Part shown: piece after piece, positions 1 through 9,527 of the stretch
Numbering within the stretch: the stretch's first letter is position 1
Layout: each line of letters begins with the position of its first letter
DNA from: Candidatus Bathyarchaeota archaeon
Lineage (GTDB): Archaea; Thermoproteota; Bathyarchaeia; Bathyarchaeales; Bathycorpusculaceae
Reading direction: 5' to 3'
Length of the DNA stretch: 64,000 nucleotides
Assembly: GCA_963828195.1 (NCBI GenBank)
Contig: CAWHDT010000005.1
Span: 416,001 to 480,000 of the forward strand
Notes under the pieces: model-generated
What the model was told of the DNA's origin: nothing
What the model saw: the letters and a program-made list of their open reading frames with translations, nothing else
Databases searched by the model: none
Translations under genes and position numbers: made by a program

Positions 1-451
1 TCTTTTTAAAACTTGCTTCTAAGTTTAGAATGGTTTGAAACATTTTTAACAGAAGCCAGTCACAAGAGGCCGATGTATTGAAAAGCTGGAGTAGACGCCT
101 TTCAAATGTTCTCGAGGCATCATAGCTTCTCTGGTTGTCCTTGCTTTGCTTGTGCCCGTGCATGGTTGATAAAAACCTGATGCAAAGCAACTGATGCTTC
201 TCCGTCTATTTTGACAGGATTTTGAGCCATCTCCTTTCCCCCCGAACTGAATCTTCTCCCTGTGTACTTACAATTTAGAATGCAATTTAAAGCAGATTTC
301 TCTTTCACTAATATTTAAAAAAATAGTATATTATGGTTTCAGAAGATTTGCAGCAAAGAAATCAACGATTCATTTAGTCGGGGTTTCTTGGAGCATTTTC
401 GTTTTGACCAGCGAAACTTATACTAATCGCGAAAAACACTGGGGCAGTTGC

Positions 452-709
452 ATGTTGGATACCATAACAATAATTGGCTTAATCGCCGCGGCTTTCACTA
501 CAGTTGCGCTTTTTCCACAGTTAATGAAGGTTTGGAAAACAAAATCAACCAAAGACATCTCAACAGGCATGTTCACGCTGTACTGCGGAGGCGTGTTTTT
601 ATGGTTCGTTTATGGAGTTTACATTAACGATTTGCCAATTATGCTAGCGAACTCTTTAGCCTTCATCCAAGCAGTCCTAATGCTAATATTCAAAGCAAAA
701 TACAAGTAA
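452..709 (+). CDS. SemiSWEET / PQ-loop (MtN3-like) small transporter
   Basis: About 85 aa, three TM segments, LFPQLMKVWKTKSTKDIS PQ-loop motif. ATG at 452 preferred over the upstream TTG. Confidence 0.85.
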   Translation: MLDTITIIGLIAAAFTTVALFPQLMKVWKTKSTKDISTGMFTLYCGGVFLWFVYGVYINDLPIMLANSLAFIQAVLMLIFKAKYK

Positions 710-711
710 GA

Positions 712-1437
712 TTACCATTTAAGAAAAACTTCAAGGTCAACGCCTATGAAAGAGTCTATCTCTCTTGCAATCGAAGGATGTGGACAATCTATGCCATACC
801 GATTCAACCAGACAGCCTTCATACCAACGCTAACCGCTGGCAAAACATCAGAATCCCAAGAGTCACCAACATAAACTGCTTCCGAAGCCCTAACATAAGC
901 CCGTTTAAGAGCTACCTCAAAAATCTCTTTGCCTGGCTTCCTGTACCCGACAGCTTCGGAAACAACGATAAAATCAATAGGCTCAGCGATCTTACATGAA
1001 CGCAATTTCTCAATTTGCGGTTGCACCAGACCGTTAGTAACCACACCCAGTATAGCTTTCTTACTTAGGGTGGTCAAGAGGTCTTTCACGCCAGGAACGG
1101 GCTGACGGTTTTTCATGTACGCTTTACTGTACAAATCTGCGGCTTTCTTGGCTTCCTCCAAATCAAGGTTTATGCCATACATCTCACTTAGTTTTCTTAT
1201 TCGCTGAGTTGTCGCATCAACAATTGAGATTTTGCCATCTAAAACTCGGTCATAATCAACACTCAAAAGTTTGTCGTGTTCTCTTTCCAACTCTTCAAGA
1301 GGGGCAGTTTTTAGTTGTGGAAGCTTCTCTTGAAGCGCTGTTAAGCCTTTTTGGCAGCTGAATTTATGGTCAAATAGTGTATCGTCCAAATCAAATAAGA
1401 CAGCTTTTACACGGGTATTATCTACCCAAAAATTCAT
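712..1437 (-). CDS. HAD-superfamily hydrolase (YjjG-like)
   Basis: Motif I FDLDDTL, motif II VVTNG, KP and GDSWDSD motifs. Confidence 0.9.
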   Translation of the reverse strand: MNFWVDNTRVKAVLFDLDDTLFDHKFSCQKGLTALQEKLPQLKTAPLEELEREHDKLLSVDYDRVLDGKISIVDATTQRIRKLSEMYGINLDLEEAKKAADLYSKAYMKNRQPVPGVKDLLTTLSKKAILGVVTNGLVQPQIEKLRSCKIAEPIDFIVVSEAVGYRKPGKEIFEVALKRAYVRASEAVYVGDSWDSDVLPAVSVGMKAVWLNRYGIDCPHPSIAREIDSFIGVDLEVFLKW

Positions 1438-1703
1438 CTAAAGACACCACTTGCCAAACCTTGCTTAACCGTGGTTGTGATATCGTTTTTAAAGTCATCA
1501 AGAAATTCACTTAATTGCTGTGCATCTTTCTTGGACATGCCTTGTGCAATCACCTGTCTTTCGAATGCTCGTCTTGCTCTACGCACTTTCCAGCCGAGGG
1601 TGAAGTACGTCCATGAGAGACTAAGCGATAAACGCACAAGATAAGGCGTTGATTTCAAAGTGCCGACGACCATTTTAGCTTCAGTCATTTTTATCCACTT
1701 CAA
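1434..1703 (-). CDS. hypothetical protein
   Basis: 89-aa ORF whose stop overlaps the HAD start (ATGA coupling). Confidence 0.65.
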   Translation of the reverse strand: MKWIKMTEAKMVVGTLKSTPYLVRLSLSLSWTYFTLGWKVRRARRAFERQVIAQGMSKKDAQQLSEFLDDFKNDITTTVKQGLASGVFR

Positions 1704-1719
1704 TAAAAAAGGGGGAGAG

Positions 1720-2037
1720 CTACTTTTCTTCCTCTTCGGAATGCATGTGTTTTCCCCAGCCGCCTCTGCCGCCGAATTTTAGCATAGAGCCGAAGTTTGT
1801 GAATGTCTGCATGTACTCTTGGGTCAGCTTTAATGCGACGTCTTCGGGTAATCCGCCTGCTTTCAGTTCTTTATAGTAGGCTGCAGCTGCTTTGCCCATG
1901 TTGCGTCCCGCTTCTTCAGAGAACACCGTGCTCACGATGCTTTTTATCATGGTTGGGACTTCAGTTGAGACAACGCTAAGTAGCTCCTTTAGGTTTTCAG
2001 GATCCATTTTATGGTTCTTTTTTTCTTCTTGAGACAT
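1720..2037 (-). CDS. hypothetical helical protein
   Basis: 105-aa ORF, first gene of an apparent three-gene operon, GAGG RBS upstream. Confidence 0.7.
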   Translation of the reverse strand: MSQEEKKNHKMDPENLKELLSVVSTEVPTMIKSIVSTVFSEEAGRNMGKAAAAYYKELKAGGLPEDVALKLTQEYMQTFTNFGSMLKFGGRGGWGKHMHSEEEEK

Positions 2038-2065
2038 TTTTTTGTTTCCTCAAAACCATAATAGG

Positions 2066-2105
2066 GTGGTCACCGAAGTTAGGTGTTCTGTGCAAAAGTG
2101 ACCAC
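2066..2105. promoter_or_regulatory. inverted-repeat operator GTGGTCAC-N24-GTGACCAC
   Basis: Perfect 8-bp arms upstream of the 2037 start; second copy with identical spacing at 2837-2874. Confidence 0.65.
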
Positions 2106-2258
2106 GCAGCTGGTTAAATTATAGCCAGCTTGAGACACCAGTAATCTAATTGCTTTTGATAGTTCGTTTAGTTTTTTTAATTATAAGTTAAAGGAATCGT
2201 AACAAGATGAAAAAAAAGAGGTGCCTCTATTTGCGTCATGTTTTATTGTTGCTTTTTG

Positions 2259-2774
2259 TTAACTAGGGCTAATCGCCGAGTTTTTTACTTTGATAAAGCT
2301 GTAGGTATGTTGCTTTTTCTTCTGAAGTTTAAACAGCCCTGCCTCAGTTATTTTGGAGGTTATGTCGTTTTCTTGCATGTGGTGATCGCTAAAAGACAAT
2401 TGACCATTTGGCTTCAGGACTCTGTAAAATTCATTCAACGCAGCATTTTGGTCGGATAAATCATGAAAAACATCATAAAGCAAAACAACGTCCAATTTTT
2501 CGTTTTTGAGCCCGGTGGCGCAATCCGAAAGAATCGTTTTCACGTTCTTCAACTTGTTTTTTGCCACAATTTTATTGACCATTTCGAGGGCAATTGGTAT
2601 GGCATCTAAAGCGTACAGTGCACCCGACAACCCTATGGCTCGCGAGACAGGTGACACGTAACCGCCTGGTCCGCAACCGTAATCCAGCACTTGAAACCCT
2701 GTCTTCAATCCTACTTCTTCTATGATTTCTTGACGGGGATGGAAATGATCTCTTATTTTAAATTCTGCCGCCAT
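2259..2774 (-). CDS. class I SAM-dependent methyltransferase
   Basis: VLDYGCGPG motif I and RVLKPNG motif; may start slightly upstream. Confidence 0.9.
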   Translation of the reverse strand: MAAEFKIRDHFHPRQEIIEEVGLKTGFQVLDYGCGPGGYVSPVSRAIGLSGALYALDAIPIALEMVNKIVAKNKLKNVKTILSDCATGLKNEKLDVVLLYDVFHDLSDQNAALNEFYRVLKPNGQLSFSDHHMQENDITSKITEAGLFKLQKKKQHTYSFIKVKNSAISPS

Positions 2775-2836
2775 GAGTCTGAACCAAATATTTGACGTCT
2801 CAAATCAACTCCAATGCTCTTTGAAAACATAATGGG

Positions 2837-2874
2837 TGGTCACCTAATTTGTGGCTTCTGCGAAAAAGTGACCA
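2837..2874. promoter_or_regulatory. inverted-repeat operator TGGTCAC-N24-GTGACCA
   Basis: Second copy of the 2066-2105 motif, upstream of the methyltransferase. Confidence 0.65.
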
Positions 2875-2876
2875 AG

Positions 2877-3323
2877 TCAGTGGGCAGCCTTGTTTGCTAA
2901 TTCGTAGGTTGGAGTTTTGCCGTCTACCTTCACGAGGACACCCAGTTGATGCAGCTTCTGAACTCTCTGCCGAACTATGCGCCTGCTTGCTTTTCCCCGC
3001 ATAGCGGACACCTGCCGCGTGATGGCTGAAATGTTAAGTGCTCCCTTCACGGCTAAAGCCTGGATTACGCAGCGTGAAATTTCATCTTGCGCGATGACCC
3101 TTTGCTGCAGAAACGCTTGTGCATCTTTTAGTCGGGCGGCGATTTTCAGCGGTTCACCGTACATGCCGACGCCTACGCGTGTAAGCCTTAACGCGGCGGT
3201 TAAGCCTTCAAACTCGGGCTTTTCCGTTATTAACTCTTCCAGCAGGTTTAGGCGGTTTAGGATCTGGTCTAGTTTTTTGCTTACTTCTTCCATGCTGTTT
3301 TCTGAGTCTGTGTTGTTGCTCAT
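2877..3323 (-). CDS. putative winged-helix transcriptional regulator
   Basis: N-terminal coiled coil, C-terminal wHTH-like segment (GALNISAITRQV...ASRRIVRQRVQKLHQLGVLVK...TYEL). Confidence 0.65.
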   Translation of the reverse strand: MSNNTDSENSMEEVSKKLDQILNRLNLLEELITEKPEFEGLTAALRLTRVGVGMYGEPLKIAARLKDAQAFLQQRVIAQDEISRCVIQALAVKGALNISAITRQVSAMRGKASRRIVRQRVQKLHQLGVLVKVDGKTPTYELANKAAH

Positions 3324-3424
3324 TGGTTCTGGCTCAGCTGATTGGAGATTTGGTGCGCTTAAGTATTTAAGTTATCATCAAATTTCACTGTCAAAAACAG
3401 GTAAAGAACGGGATAACCGAAAAA

Positions 3425-3682
3425 TCAGGTTTTCTCTATTAAAGATATGACGCTGAGGGTTGAGCTTATCCAGCGTAAGTAAGCGTTTAATGTTGAGCGC
3501 AGGGCAACTGTATCCTCGGAATCAATCGCTAACACTAAAAATAAGCCGTCTTTTTCCAGTTTAACCGTGACGCGTTTCGTTTTTGGTCCGCTGGCTTCCG
3601 GCGCCAATGCTTCAAAGATGGTGGCTGCCTGTTTGGGGGATGCAAGTTTTAAGCGGATTGTGGCTTTTGCGTTAGTCGCCGT
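3425..3682 (-). CDS. pcc1: KEOPS complex subunit Pcc1
   Basis: LAPE and DTVALRSTLNAYLRWI signature; position downstream of the exosome operon. The open frame extends upstream of TTG 3607 to an ACG at 3682. Confidence 0.85.
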   Translation of the reverse strand, partial: TATNAKATIRLKLASPKQAATIFEALAPEASGPKTKRVTVKLEKDGLFLVLAIDSEDTVALRSTLNAYLRWISSTLSVISLIEKT

Positions 3683-3746
3683 TTATTATCGCCTCGGAAT
3701 AATTTAGTGAAGCCCCAAGTAATAAACAAAAGTGAAGTCAAAACCA

Positions 3747-4010
3747 CAACTTGGCAATAACCAAGCGGAAGAAGAAGAAGAAAAATTGTTTTCACCAGCT
3801 TCTTCTTCTTTTAAAAATAATTTTTTAGATGGCTGCATTAAATCCGGGTTCTTTAGAAGAACAACATTTGAATTTTAGGTGTTGTTGTTCTTTCAAAAAA
3901 AAGTTCTCCAAAGCCGTTCACCCCAAAGATTCAAACCCCAAACCAAAAAAACAACCCAAAACAAGCTCTGAACGTTAATTCGCTACCCTATAGACCTACC
4001 TACTATTTGT
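3747..4010 (+). repeat. modular hairpin repeat R2, copy A (modules M1-M2-M3)
   Basis: GCGGAAGAAGAAGAAGAAAAATTGTTTTCACCAGCTTCTTCTTC hairpin, AAGAACAACA..TGTTGTTCTT hairpin and CCTATAGACCTACCTACTATTTG block, shared with 8505-8570 and 62800-63020. Confidence 0.85.
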
Positions 4011-4060
4011 GCAAAAAAACGCCACAAAAAAGCATAAACAAAAAATTAAAAAGGAAAAGT

Positions 4061-4399
4061 TTAGTCGGTTTCTTCTTCAGCTACCGATTCAGCAGCTTCA
4101 GCTTTCGCCGCTTCTTTTGCAACTTCTTCCACTGGCAAACCTTTAGCTGCACGTTTCGCAACTACACCCAGCTTGGTTGTTGGGGTGTAAGCTCCGCCTG
4201 AAAAAGTGAAGCTGCATTTGTTGCATTTCCAGATTCCGACGCTTTCACGTCTAACTCGGACGAAGCCGCAGCTTGGGCATTTGTGTGGTCTTTTGAGTTC
4301 GGTGATTACTTTGATGTAGCGTTTCCTAACTGTGGCACCGTAACGTGGACCGAAACCTCTTGTTGGACCGACCTTTTTTGTTCTGGGCAATTTTTTCAC
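4061..4399 (-). CDS. rpl37ae: 50S ribosomal protein L37ae (eL43)
   Basis: GPRYGATVRKR, CPSC...WKCNKC zinc ribbon, GGAYTP; acidic C-terminal tail. Confidence 0.97.
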   Translation of the reverse strand: MKKLPRTKKVGPTRGFGPRYGATVRKRYIKVITELKRPHKCPSCGFVRVRRESVGIWKCNKCSFTFSGGAYTPTTKLGVVAKRAAKGLPVEEVAKEAAKAEAAESVAEEETD

Positions 4400-5187
4400 C
4401 AATTAAGCTTCTTGCGTATTTCCACTGCTTTCTCCTGAGCAATCTTTGACGCCTCTAAAATCTGTTGCGGTGTAAAGTAGCCTGAGCCGCCTTTCTGAAC
4501 GGCGCAAATGTGTCCTTCGTCGTTGATAGCCATCGATATTCTTGAATCCATAACTTGCTCTTCCTCCAAGACGGGGTCAACTATAAGAGTATTGTTGATT
4601 TTTCCTATAGTGACGGTGACCGGGTGGTTTTTCACGGGCAGCGGAGTGTAGCCTTGCTTAATCTTTACTTCACCGTCTTTGACTTCGTAGTTGGGCATCT
4701 TTGTGTTTATTAAAGCGGCCAAAGCAGCTAAGCTTGCAGCGTCAATCAAGTTTCCATCTTGGTTAAGAACGTAAACATCCACGAATACGACGAAGACTTT
4801 TTTGCCTGGTTCGATGCATAGTTTTTCGTTGTCGATTGCTTTTGATTCACGTATTCCTCGGTCAACAACTCTTGCCAATTCAATGGAGTCTTCGTTTGGG
4901 GGACCTGCCTCATAGTTCGGCGACGCTATTGGAACAAGCTCGGCGTTAACGGTTAAGACGCCTTCGTTAGGTGTGTCGGGGAATGGTTCGCCTGTTTCAA
5001 CTTTTACGCCGACAAGAACCTGGGTGTTCCCAAGAAAAACACGGGCTGAACCTTCAGCTTTCTCAATTAAACCTTGCTCAATCTTGATTTCTCGGGTATC
5101 ACGCAAGCCTCGTTCATCTAGGCGTTTTCCCTTTTCGATAGTCTGCTCAATCTGCTTTAGTCTAACTCGGGTAACAAGTGACGACAT
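4396..5187 (-). CDS. rrp42: exosome complex component Rrp42
   Basis: RNase PH fold (AEGSARVFLGNTQV, ELARVVDRGIRES, DGNLIDA) and operon context. Confidence 0.97.
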   Translation of the reverse strand: MSSLVTRVRLKQIEQTIEKGKRLDERGLRDTREIKIEQGLIEKAEGSARVFLGNTQVLVGVKVETGEPFPDTPNEGVLTVNAELVPIASPNYEAGPPNEDSIELARVVDRGIRESKAIDNEKLCIEPGKKVFVVFVDVYVLNQDGNLIDAASLAALAALINTKMPNYEVKDGEVKIKQGYTPLPVKNHPVTVTIGKINNTLIVDPVLEEEQVMDSRISMAINDEGHICAVQKGGSGYFTPQQILEASKIAQEKAVEIRKKLNW

Positions 5188-5930
5188 TACTCTTCAGCCT
5201 CCTCTTTCTCTTTAACAACCATGTATTTAGTTTTTAATGCTTCCTTCTGCATTTCATAGATTTTTTTGCAGCCATCCATCCCCATATTCAATGCCTTCTC
5301 AAATTCTTCCGCCGTGAGATTTCCATCCATCTGAAGCAGAGTAACCGCGTTCAAATTAGGCATGTAAGCTACAGGAAGATCTGCGGCGCCAAGTTTGTCC
5401 TCAGCGTCATACAAGTCTAAAACGACAGTGTCATCAACTTTTCCAGCAGCACAAGCAACAACTAAATCGCGCATTGGAACCCCAGCGTCGGCAATGGCTA
5501 ATGCAGCGGCAGTTATGCTTGCGCAACGTGTTCCGCCGTCAGCCTGCAATACTTCAATGAACACGTCTACGCCTGTCCGCGGATAAAGCTCCAGGAACAA
5601 GGCAGGTTCTAAACATTCCTTTATCACTTTAGACAGCTCTACTTCTCTTCTTGAAGGCGCAGGTGATTTACGCTCCTGCACTGAAAAGGGAGCCATGTGA
5701 TAGCGGCACCGCAAAACCATACGGTCTGGCAACGACAGGTGCTTTGGATGCATCTCTCTTGGACCGAAAGCTGCGGCTAAAATCTTGTTTTTTCCATGTT
5801 CAATATAGGCGGATCCGTCAGCGTGTTGTAGGACGCCGACTTGAAGCTTAAGGGGTCGAAGTTCGTCTGCTTTTCGCCCATCCAATCGGATACCTTTTTT
5901 ATCAATTAATTTTTCATGTTTTTCACTCAT
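5187..5930 (-). CDS. rrp41: exosome complex exonuclease Rrp41
   Basis: [32 protein letters not shown]. Confidence 0.97.
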   Translation of the reverse strand: MSEKHEKLIDKKGIRLDGRKADELRPLKLQVGVLQHADGSAYIEHGKNKILAAAFGPREMHPKHLSLPDRMVLRCRYHMAPFSVQERKSPAPSRREVELSKVIKECLEPALFLELYPRTGVDVFIEVLQADGGTRCASITAAALAIADAGVPMRDLVVACAAGKVDDTVVLDLYDAEDKLGAADLPVAYMPNLNAVTLLQMDGNLTAEEFEKALNMGMDGCKKIYEMQKEALKTKYMVVKEKEEAEE

Positions 5931-6642
5931 TCTTGTTTTCCTCCACTTTATCCACTTTACCTTTACTTTCTTTAAGTAACTGCGTTATGCGATCTGTCAA
6001 GCCACTTGTATGGGATTCATCCTCAATCTTTTTAATCACCTTTATCGCAAGCTCCTCTTCCTCAACGGTTTTCCCAGTGACTAAGATCATGCCGTTGAGC
6101 CCCAGAATAATTTGGCATCCTGTTTCCTGTTTAATCATGGAAATCATTGAGCCTTTCCTACCTATTATACGGGGAATCTTCGTAGGTGTCACATGAAGAA
6201 TTTGCCCACGAGTTATTTTACCTAAACCCGGTTCGCCAACAGTAAGCTGCGGATCATGGGCTCTGTCGTACGAAGCGATTTTTGCAACAATCAAGTCGCC
6301 TGCGTTTAAAACCGCGGATAACTCGTCGTTTTGAGGCTTGAAGGGTCTGCTTAAAACGTCTGATGCACGCAGGAGCGCGGTGTAGGGTGATTTAATATCG
6401 ACGGTCCAGCCGTTAAATCCGACTTCCACGACTGACCCAATTATGATGTCACCCATTTTAGGCACATAAAAAGCCCTCAATGCAACAACGTTTACTTTTT
6501 TATTATCGGTATCTACAAGCCCGATTCTTGATGCATAAATCTTGTTTTGTTCCATGTACGAGTTTTCGCCAGGCAAATATTCGCCTTCCGCAAGCAATTC
6601 TCCCGGCGTCACAAGCTGTTTTTTTTCAAAGAATACTGGCAT
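5923..6642 (-). CDS. rrp4: exosome complex RNA-binding protein Rrp4
   Basis: S1 plus KH domains ([19 protein letters not shown]); ATG 6642 follows a GGTGA RBS. Confidence 0.96.
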   Translation of the reverse strand: MPVFFEKKQLVTPGELLAEGEYLPGENSYMEQNKIYASRIGLVDTDNKKVNVVALRAFYVPKMGDIIIGSVVEVGFNGWTVDIKSPYTALLRASDVLSRPFKPQNDELSAVLNAGDLIVAKIASYDRAHDPQLTVGEPGLGKITRGQILHVTPTKIPRIIGRKGSMISMIKQETGCQIILGLNGMILVTGKTVEEEELAIKVIKKIEDESHTSGLTDRITQLLKESKGKVDKVEENKNE

Positions 6643-6667
6643 AATTTTTTCACCATCCAATTTTATC

Positions 6668-7357
6668 TTAAGAGATTATTTTTGCTTCTCCACTTCCCTT
6701 TGTTACGTCGCCAAGTTTGTTTAACAGCGAAGCGTATGACCCCGCTGGCAGTTCAATCTCTCCATACCAAGAGCCGTCCCCACGCCATTCTTCCCGTTTT
6801 ATAGTGCCCAAAGTTTTGACTGACCCATAGGCTCTTGCTGAGTACTGAGCGGGGATCTTTACTGCCACTGTCACCTGCTCGATCTTTAAGGGCAAAATCG
6901 GCCGTAACAGTTTCACTATATCCTTGGCTTGTTCTTCCACTGGCTTATATGGGTCAATTGGGTAACGGATCTGCTCCATCGCGTTTTCTATGCGCATTGG
7001 AGGATGCGGCAGATTCGTTTTTGGGTCAACTGCTTGTCTTGAAATAAAATCGATTATTTGTCTTTTTTTGTCCTCGACCATTTTACGTCTCTGCTCGGTT
7101 GTAAGCTGCAGCGTTCCTTTCTTAAGTATCAGGTCAGCAATTTTTAATGCGTCTGTGGTTCCGAAGGCTTTATGCATAGCTTCTTCGGAGACTTTGGTGC
7201 CTTTGTTTGCGTCAGAAAAAATGATTTCAGCCGCTAAAACTTCGGTTATTCCAGCGATTTTTCCGTTGCGGTACTCCAGTGCTTTTTGGGGTTTAACTAG
7301 GATTTCAAAATGCTCGTTTTCTTTTGTTAATCGTGCAACGGTGAACTTTTCACTCAT
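6668..7357 (-). CDS. ribosome maturation factor SBDS/Sdo1
   Basis: HFEILVKP, DPKTNLPHPPMRIENAM signature. Confidence 0.96.
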   Translation of the reverse strand: MSEKFTVARLTKENEHFEILVKPQKALEYRNGKIAGITEVLAAEIIFSDANKGTKVSEEAMHKAFGTTDALKIADLILKKGTLQLTTEQRRKMVEDKKRQIIDFISRQAVDPKTNLPHPPMRIENAMEQIRYPIDPYKPVEEQAKDIVKLLRPILPLKIEQVTVAVKIPAQYSARAYGSVKTLGTIKREEWRGDGSWYGEIELPAGSYASLLNKLGDVTKGSGEAKIIS

Positions 7358-7364
7358 CGAGTTT

Positions 7365-8093
7365 TCACTTGCTTGAACCCAGTTCTTTGATGTAGCCTTC
7401 GACTGCGTCGTCGCTTAACATTTCCATCTTCTTAGATGCGACAGATATGACGGCGATTTTTATTCTTGGAGGCAGCTGCCTTGCGTCCAGAGCCTTGATT
7501 AAGCATTTTACTGCGAGTCTGATGCTGTTTTCCAATGTTAAGTCTTCGCGGTATTCTTCTTTTAGAATTGAAACAACTGTTTCTCTTCCTGCGCCTAATG
7601 CTGTGGCTTTGTAGCCTCTGTATGTTCCGCTTGGATGTGTCCCGAAGACTTTGGTTCCTGTTTTGTTGACTCCTCCGAAAATCAGGGAAACGCCGAATGG
7701 TCTGACTCCTGCATGCTGCGTGTACATTTGTTGGATGTCGCAGATTCGTTTGGTTACGACTTCTACGTCTATGGGTTCGTCGTAGGTTAATTTGTTACTT
7801 TGAGCGTATATCCTTGCTTGGTCGATGAGTATTCGGGCGTCTGAGCTTAAACCCACTATAGCGGCGCCGATGTGGTCGTCTACCCGAAAGATTTTCCATG
7901 AGTAACCTGCTTCTTCAAGGACCTCTATGTTTTCTTCTGACCCGAGGACAAGCCCTTCTGGACATTGGATGCCAAGTATGGTGGCTCCGCGGTTAACTAA
8001 CTCCATTGCGTATTCGACTTGGAAGAGTCGTCCGTCAGGCGAGAAAACTGTTATCGCACGGTCATATGCTCCTGGTGCTGCAAATACTGACAT
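7365..8093 (-). CDS. psmA: proteasome subunit alpha
   Basis: YDRAITVFSPDGRLFQVEYA signature, RPFGVSL. Confidence 0.97.
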   Translation of the reverse strand: MSVFAAPGAYDRAITVFSPDGRLFQVEYAMELVNRGATILGIQCPEGLVLGSEENIEVLEEAGYSWKIFRVDDHIGAAIVGLSSDARILIDQARIYAQSNKLTYDEPIDVEVVTKRICDIQQMYTQHAGVRPFGVSLIFGGVNKTGTKVFGTHPSGTYRGYKATALGAGRETVVSILKEEYREDLTLENSIRLAVKCLIKALDARQLPPRIKIAVISVASKKMEMLSDDAVEGYIKELGSSK

Positions 8094-8232
8094 AACTTAA
8101 CCTCACTTTACACTATACACTTTTTCACAGACTCATATAAAGACTACACTAAAAACCTTTCCTATCAGGGCAAATTCAAGTTTCCCATGAATTCAAGGTT
8201 TCGGCGGCATTTTTCTGCAGAAATTTTGCTGT

Positions 8233-8710
8233 GGGATTTCCGGTTTTGATTTTTTGGATTTTCCAGATCGCGTTCGGTATGTTTTTTGCAGATATTTTTT
8301 AGTTGCGACTTTTGGGCTGGCGTAAGTTGCGACTTTCCGCCTTGGGTCTTTGCGTTTTGGGCTGCTTTTTTGGTTTGGGGTTTGAAGGTGTTTGTGTGTT
8401 GCGACTTTGGGGTGGGCGGATTGCGACTTTCCATGTTGAGTGCATGTTGGAGTTATTGTCGGTTACGGGCGGGATTTTTTGGGTTGCAGCGGCTGTTTTT
8501 CTTCAAAAGAAGAAGAAGCTGGTGAAAACAATTTTTCTTCTTCTTCTTCCGCCTGGTCATTACCACGTTGCTCAACTGAACCCACTTAATAGTTAAAAAT
8601 CTCCATGGAACAAAACCGCCCAGCCATCACCTACGCCAAAAACGGGCACTTACTGTTCAGCCACCCCCAAAAAACCCGATGACATGACCCGGGCTCCAGT
8701 TAGAAGTCAG
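8233..8710 (+). repeat. terminase-derived repeat R1, copy 1 (interrupted by an R2 module)
   Basis: Four TTGCGACTT motifs shared with 17701 and 23040. The 3' part reads LKISMEQNRPAITYAKNGHLLFSHPQKT then a frameshift to DDM. Confidence 0.8.
8505..8570 (-). repeat. R2 copy B (module M1 only)
   Basis: Reverse-complement near-match to 3747-3812. Confidence 0.85.
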
Positions 8711-8791
8711 CAACAACGCCGTGGACCAACACGATACTTAAAATCCTCAAAAGGAATTCGGAGAAAAGCCATTCTCTGACATTTGCAGTTG

Positions 8792-8930
8792 CTAAAGTTT
8801 TTCGTAAATCCAGTTCATGATTGTTTAAAGTGTGTCTTTAGTGAATCCAATGTGTCCAGCTTCGTAGAATCGGGCGCATTTTGGGCTTCCGTGTTCAAGA
8901 AGCAGATAGTAATCTTTTATGGGGAACTCT
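8792..8930 (-). pseudogene. C-terminal fragment of an alpha/beta hydrolase (FrsA/esterase-like)
   Basis: Minus frame reads EFPIKDYYLLLEHGSPKCARFYEAGHIGFTKDTL*TIMNWIYEKL*; internal stop, no start. Confidence 0.5.
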
Positions 8931-9011
8931 GGGGTACTATGTATTGCATACGCTCATAACCACGAGCAGACAAATATCCACAAGTTGCTTGTATGTAAAA
9001 CAGGTGATTGA

Positions 9012-9233
9012 ATGGAACCGATGGATAGAATAACGATCGACCCTGAAGTTATGGTTGGTAAACCAGTCATCAAGGGTACCCGCATCACAGTGCAGCTGAT
9101 TGTTCAACTTTTGGCAAATGGGGCAACAGAAGCTGAAATACTAAATGACTACCCAGACTTGAAAAAAGAAGACATTAAAGCTGCCCTCTTATATGCATCC
9201 GAATGCCTTGGTCGCGAAGTTATTCCTGTTTAA
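9012..9233 (+). CDS. DUF433 antitoxin
   Basis: RITIDPEVMVGKPVIKGTRI...YPDL..EDIKAAL signature. Confidence 0.92.
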   Translation: MEPMDRITIDPEVMVGKPVIKGTRITVQLIVQLLANGATEAEILNDYPDLKKEDIKAALLYASECLGREVIPV

Positions 9234-9242
9234 GCCCAAAAT

Positions 9243-9288
9243 CAACTTGTGATTATCACTGAAAGGAGAATTCGCATAGTTTCATAAT
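9243..9288 (+). pseudogene. possible C-terminal remnant of a DUF5615 PIN toxin
   Basis: QLVIITERRIRIVS* directly after DUF433 resembles the usual C-terminus of its partner toxin. Confidence 0.4.
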
Positions 9289-9527
9289 CGGTCACATTCC
9301 ATGTAGCGCGGACATTACCTCTTATGGAGACACTTTAACCCTCAACTTGTTCCTTTAATTTGTTCTTTTTGTTGTGATTGTGATTATAAAAACAGTTTTT
9401 GTAAAAAACATGTAACGTGAGTTTTGTGATGATTGTGGAGTTCGCTGCGCCCTTTGGGTTTTGCTTTGAGATAGAAACGGAAATTAAGATTTGTGTGTTA
9501 ATATCCTAGAGCGTTTTTGGTGTTGTT

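Noticed and set aside
120-308. Short - strand ORF at the window start
   Set aside because: No recognisable motif; the plausible start gives only 36 aa and context is truncated.
8300-8435. GTTGCGACTT repeats as a CRISPR array
   Set aside because: Repeats are only ~10 bp, spacing is irregular, the intervening sequence is conserved between copies, and no cas genes are present.
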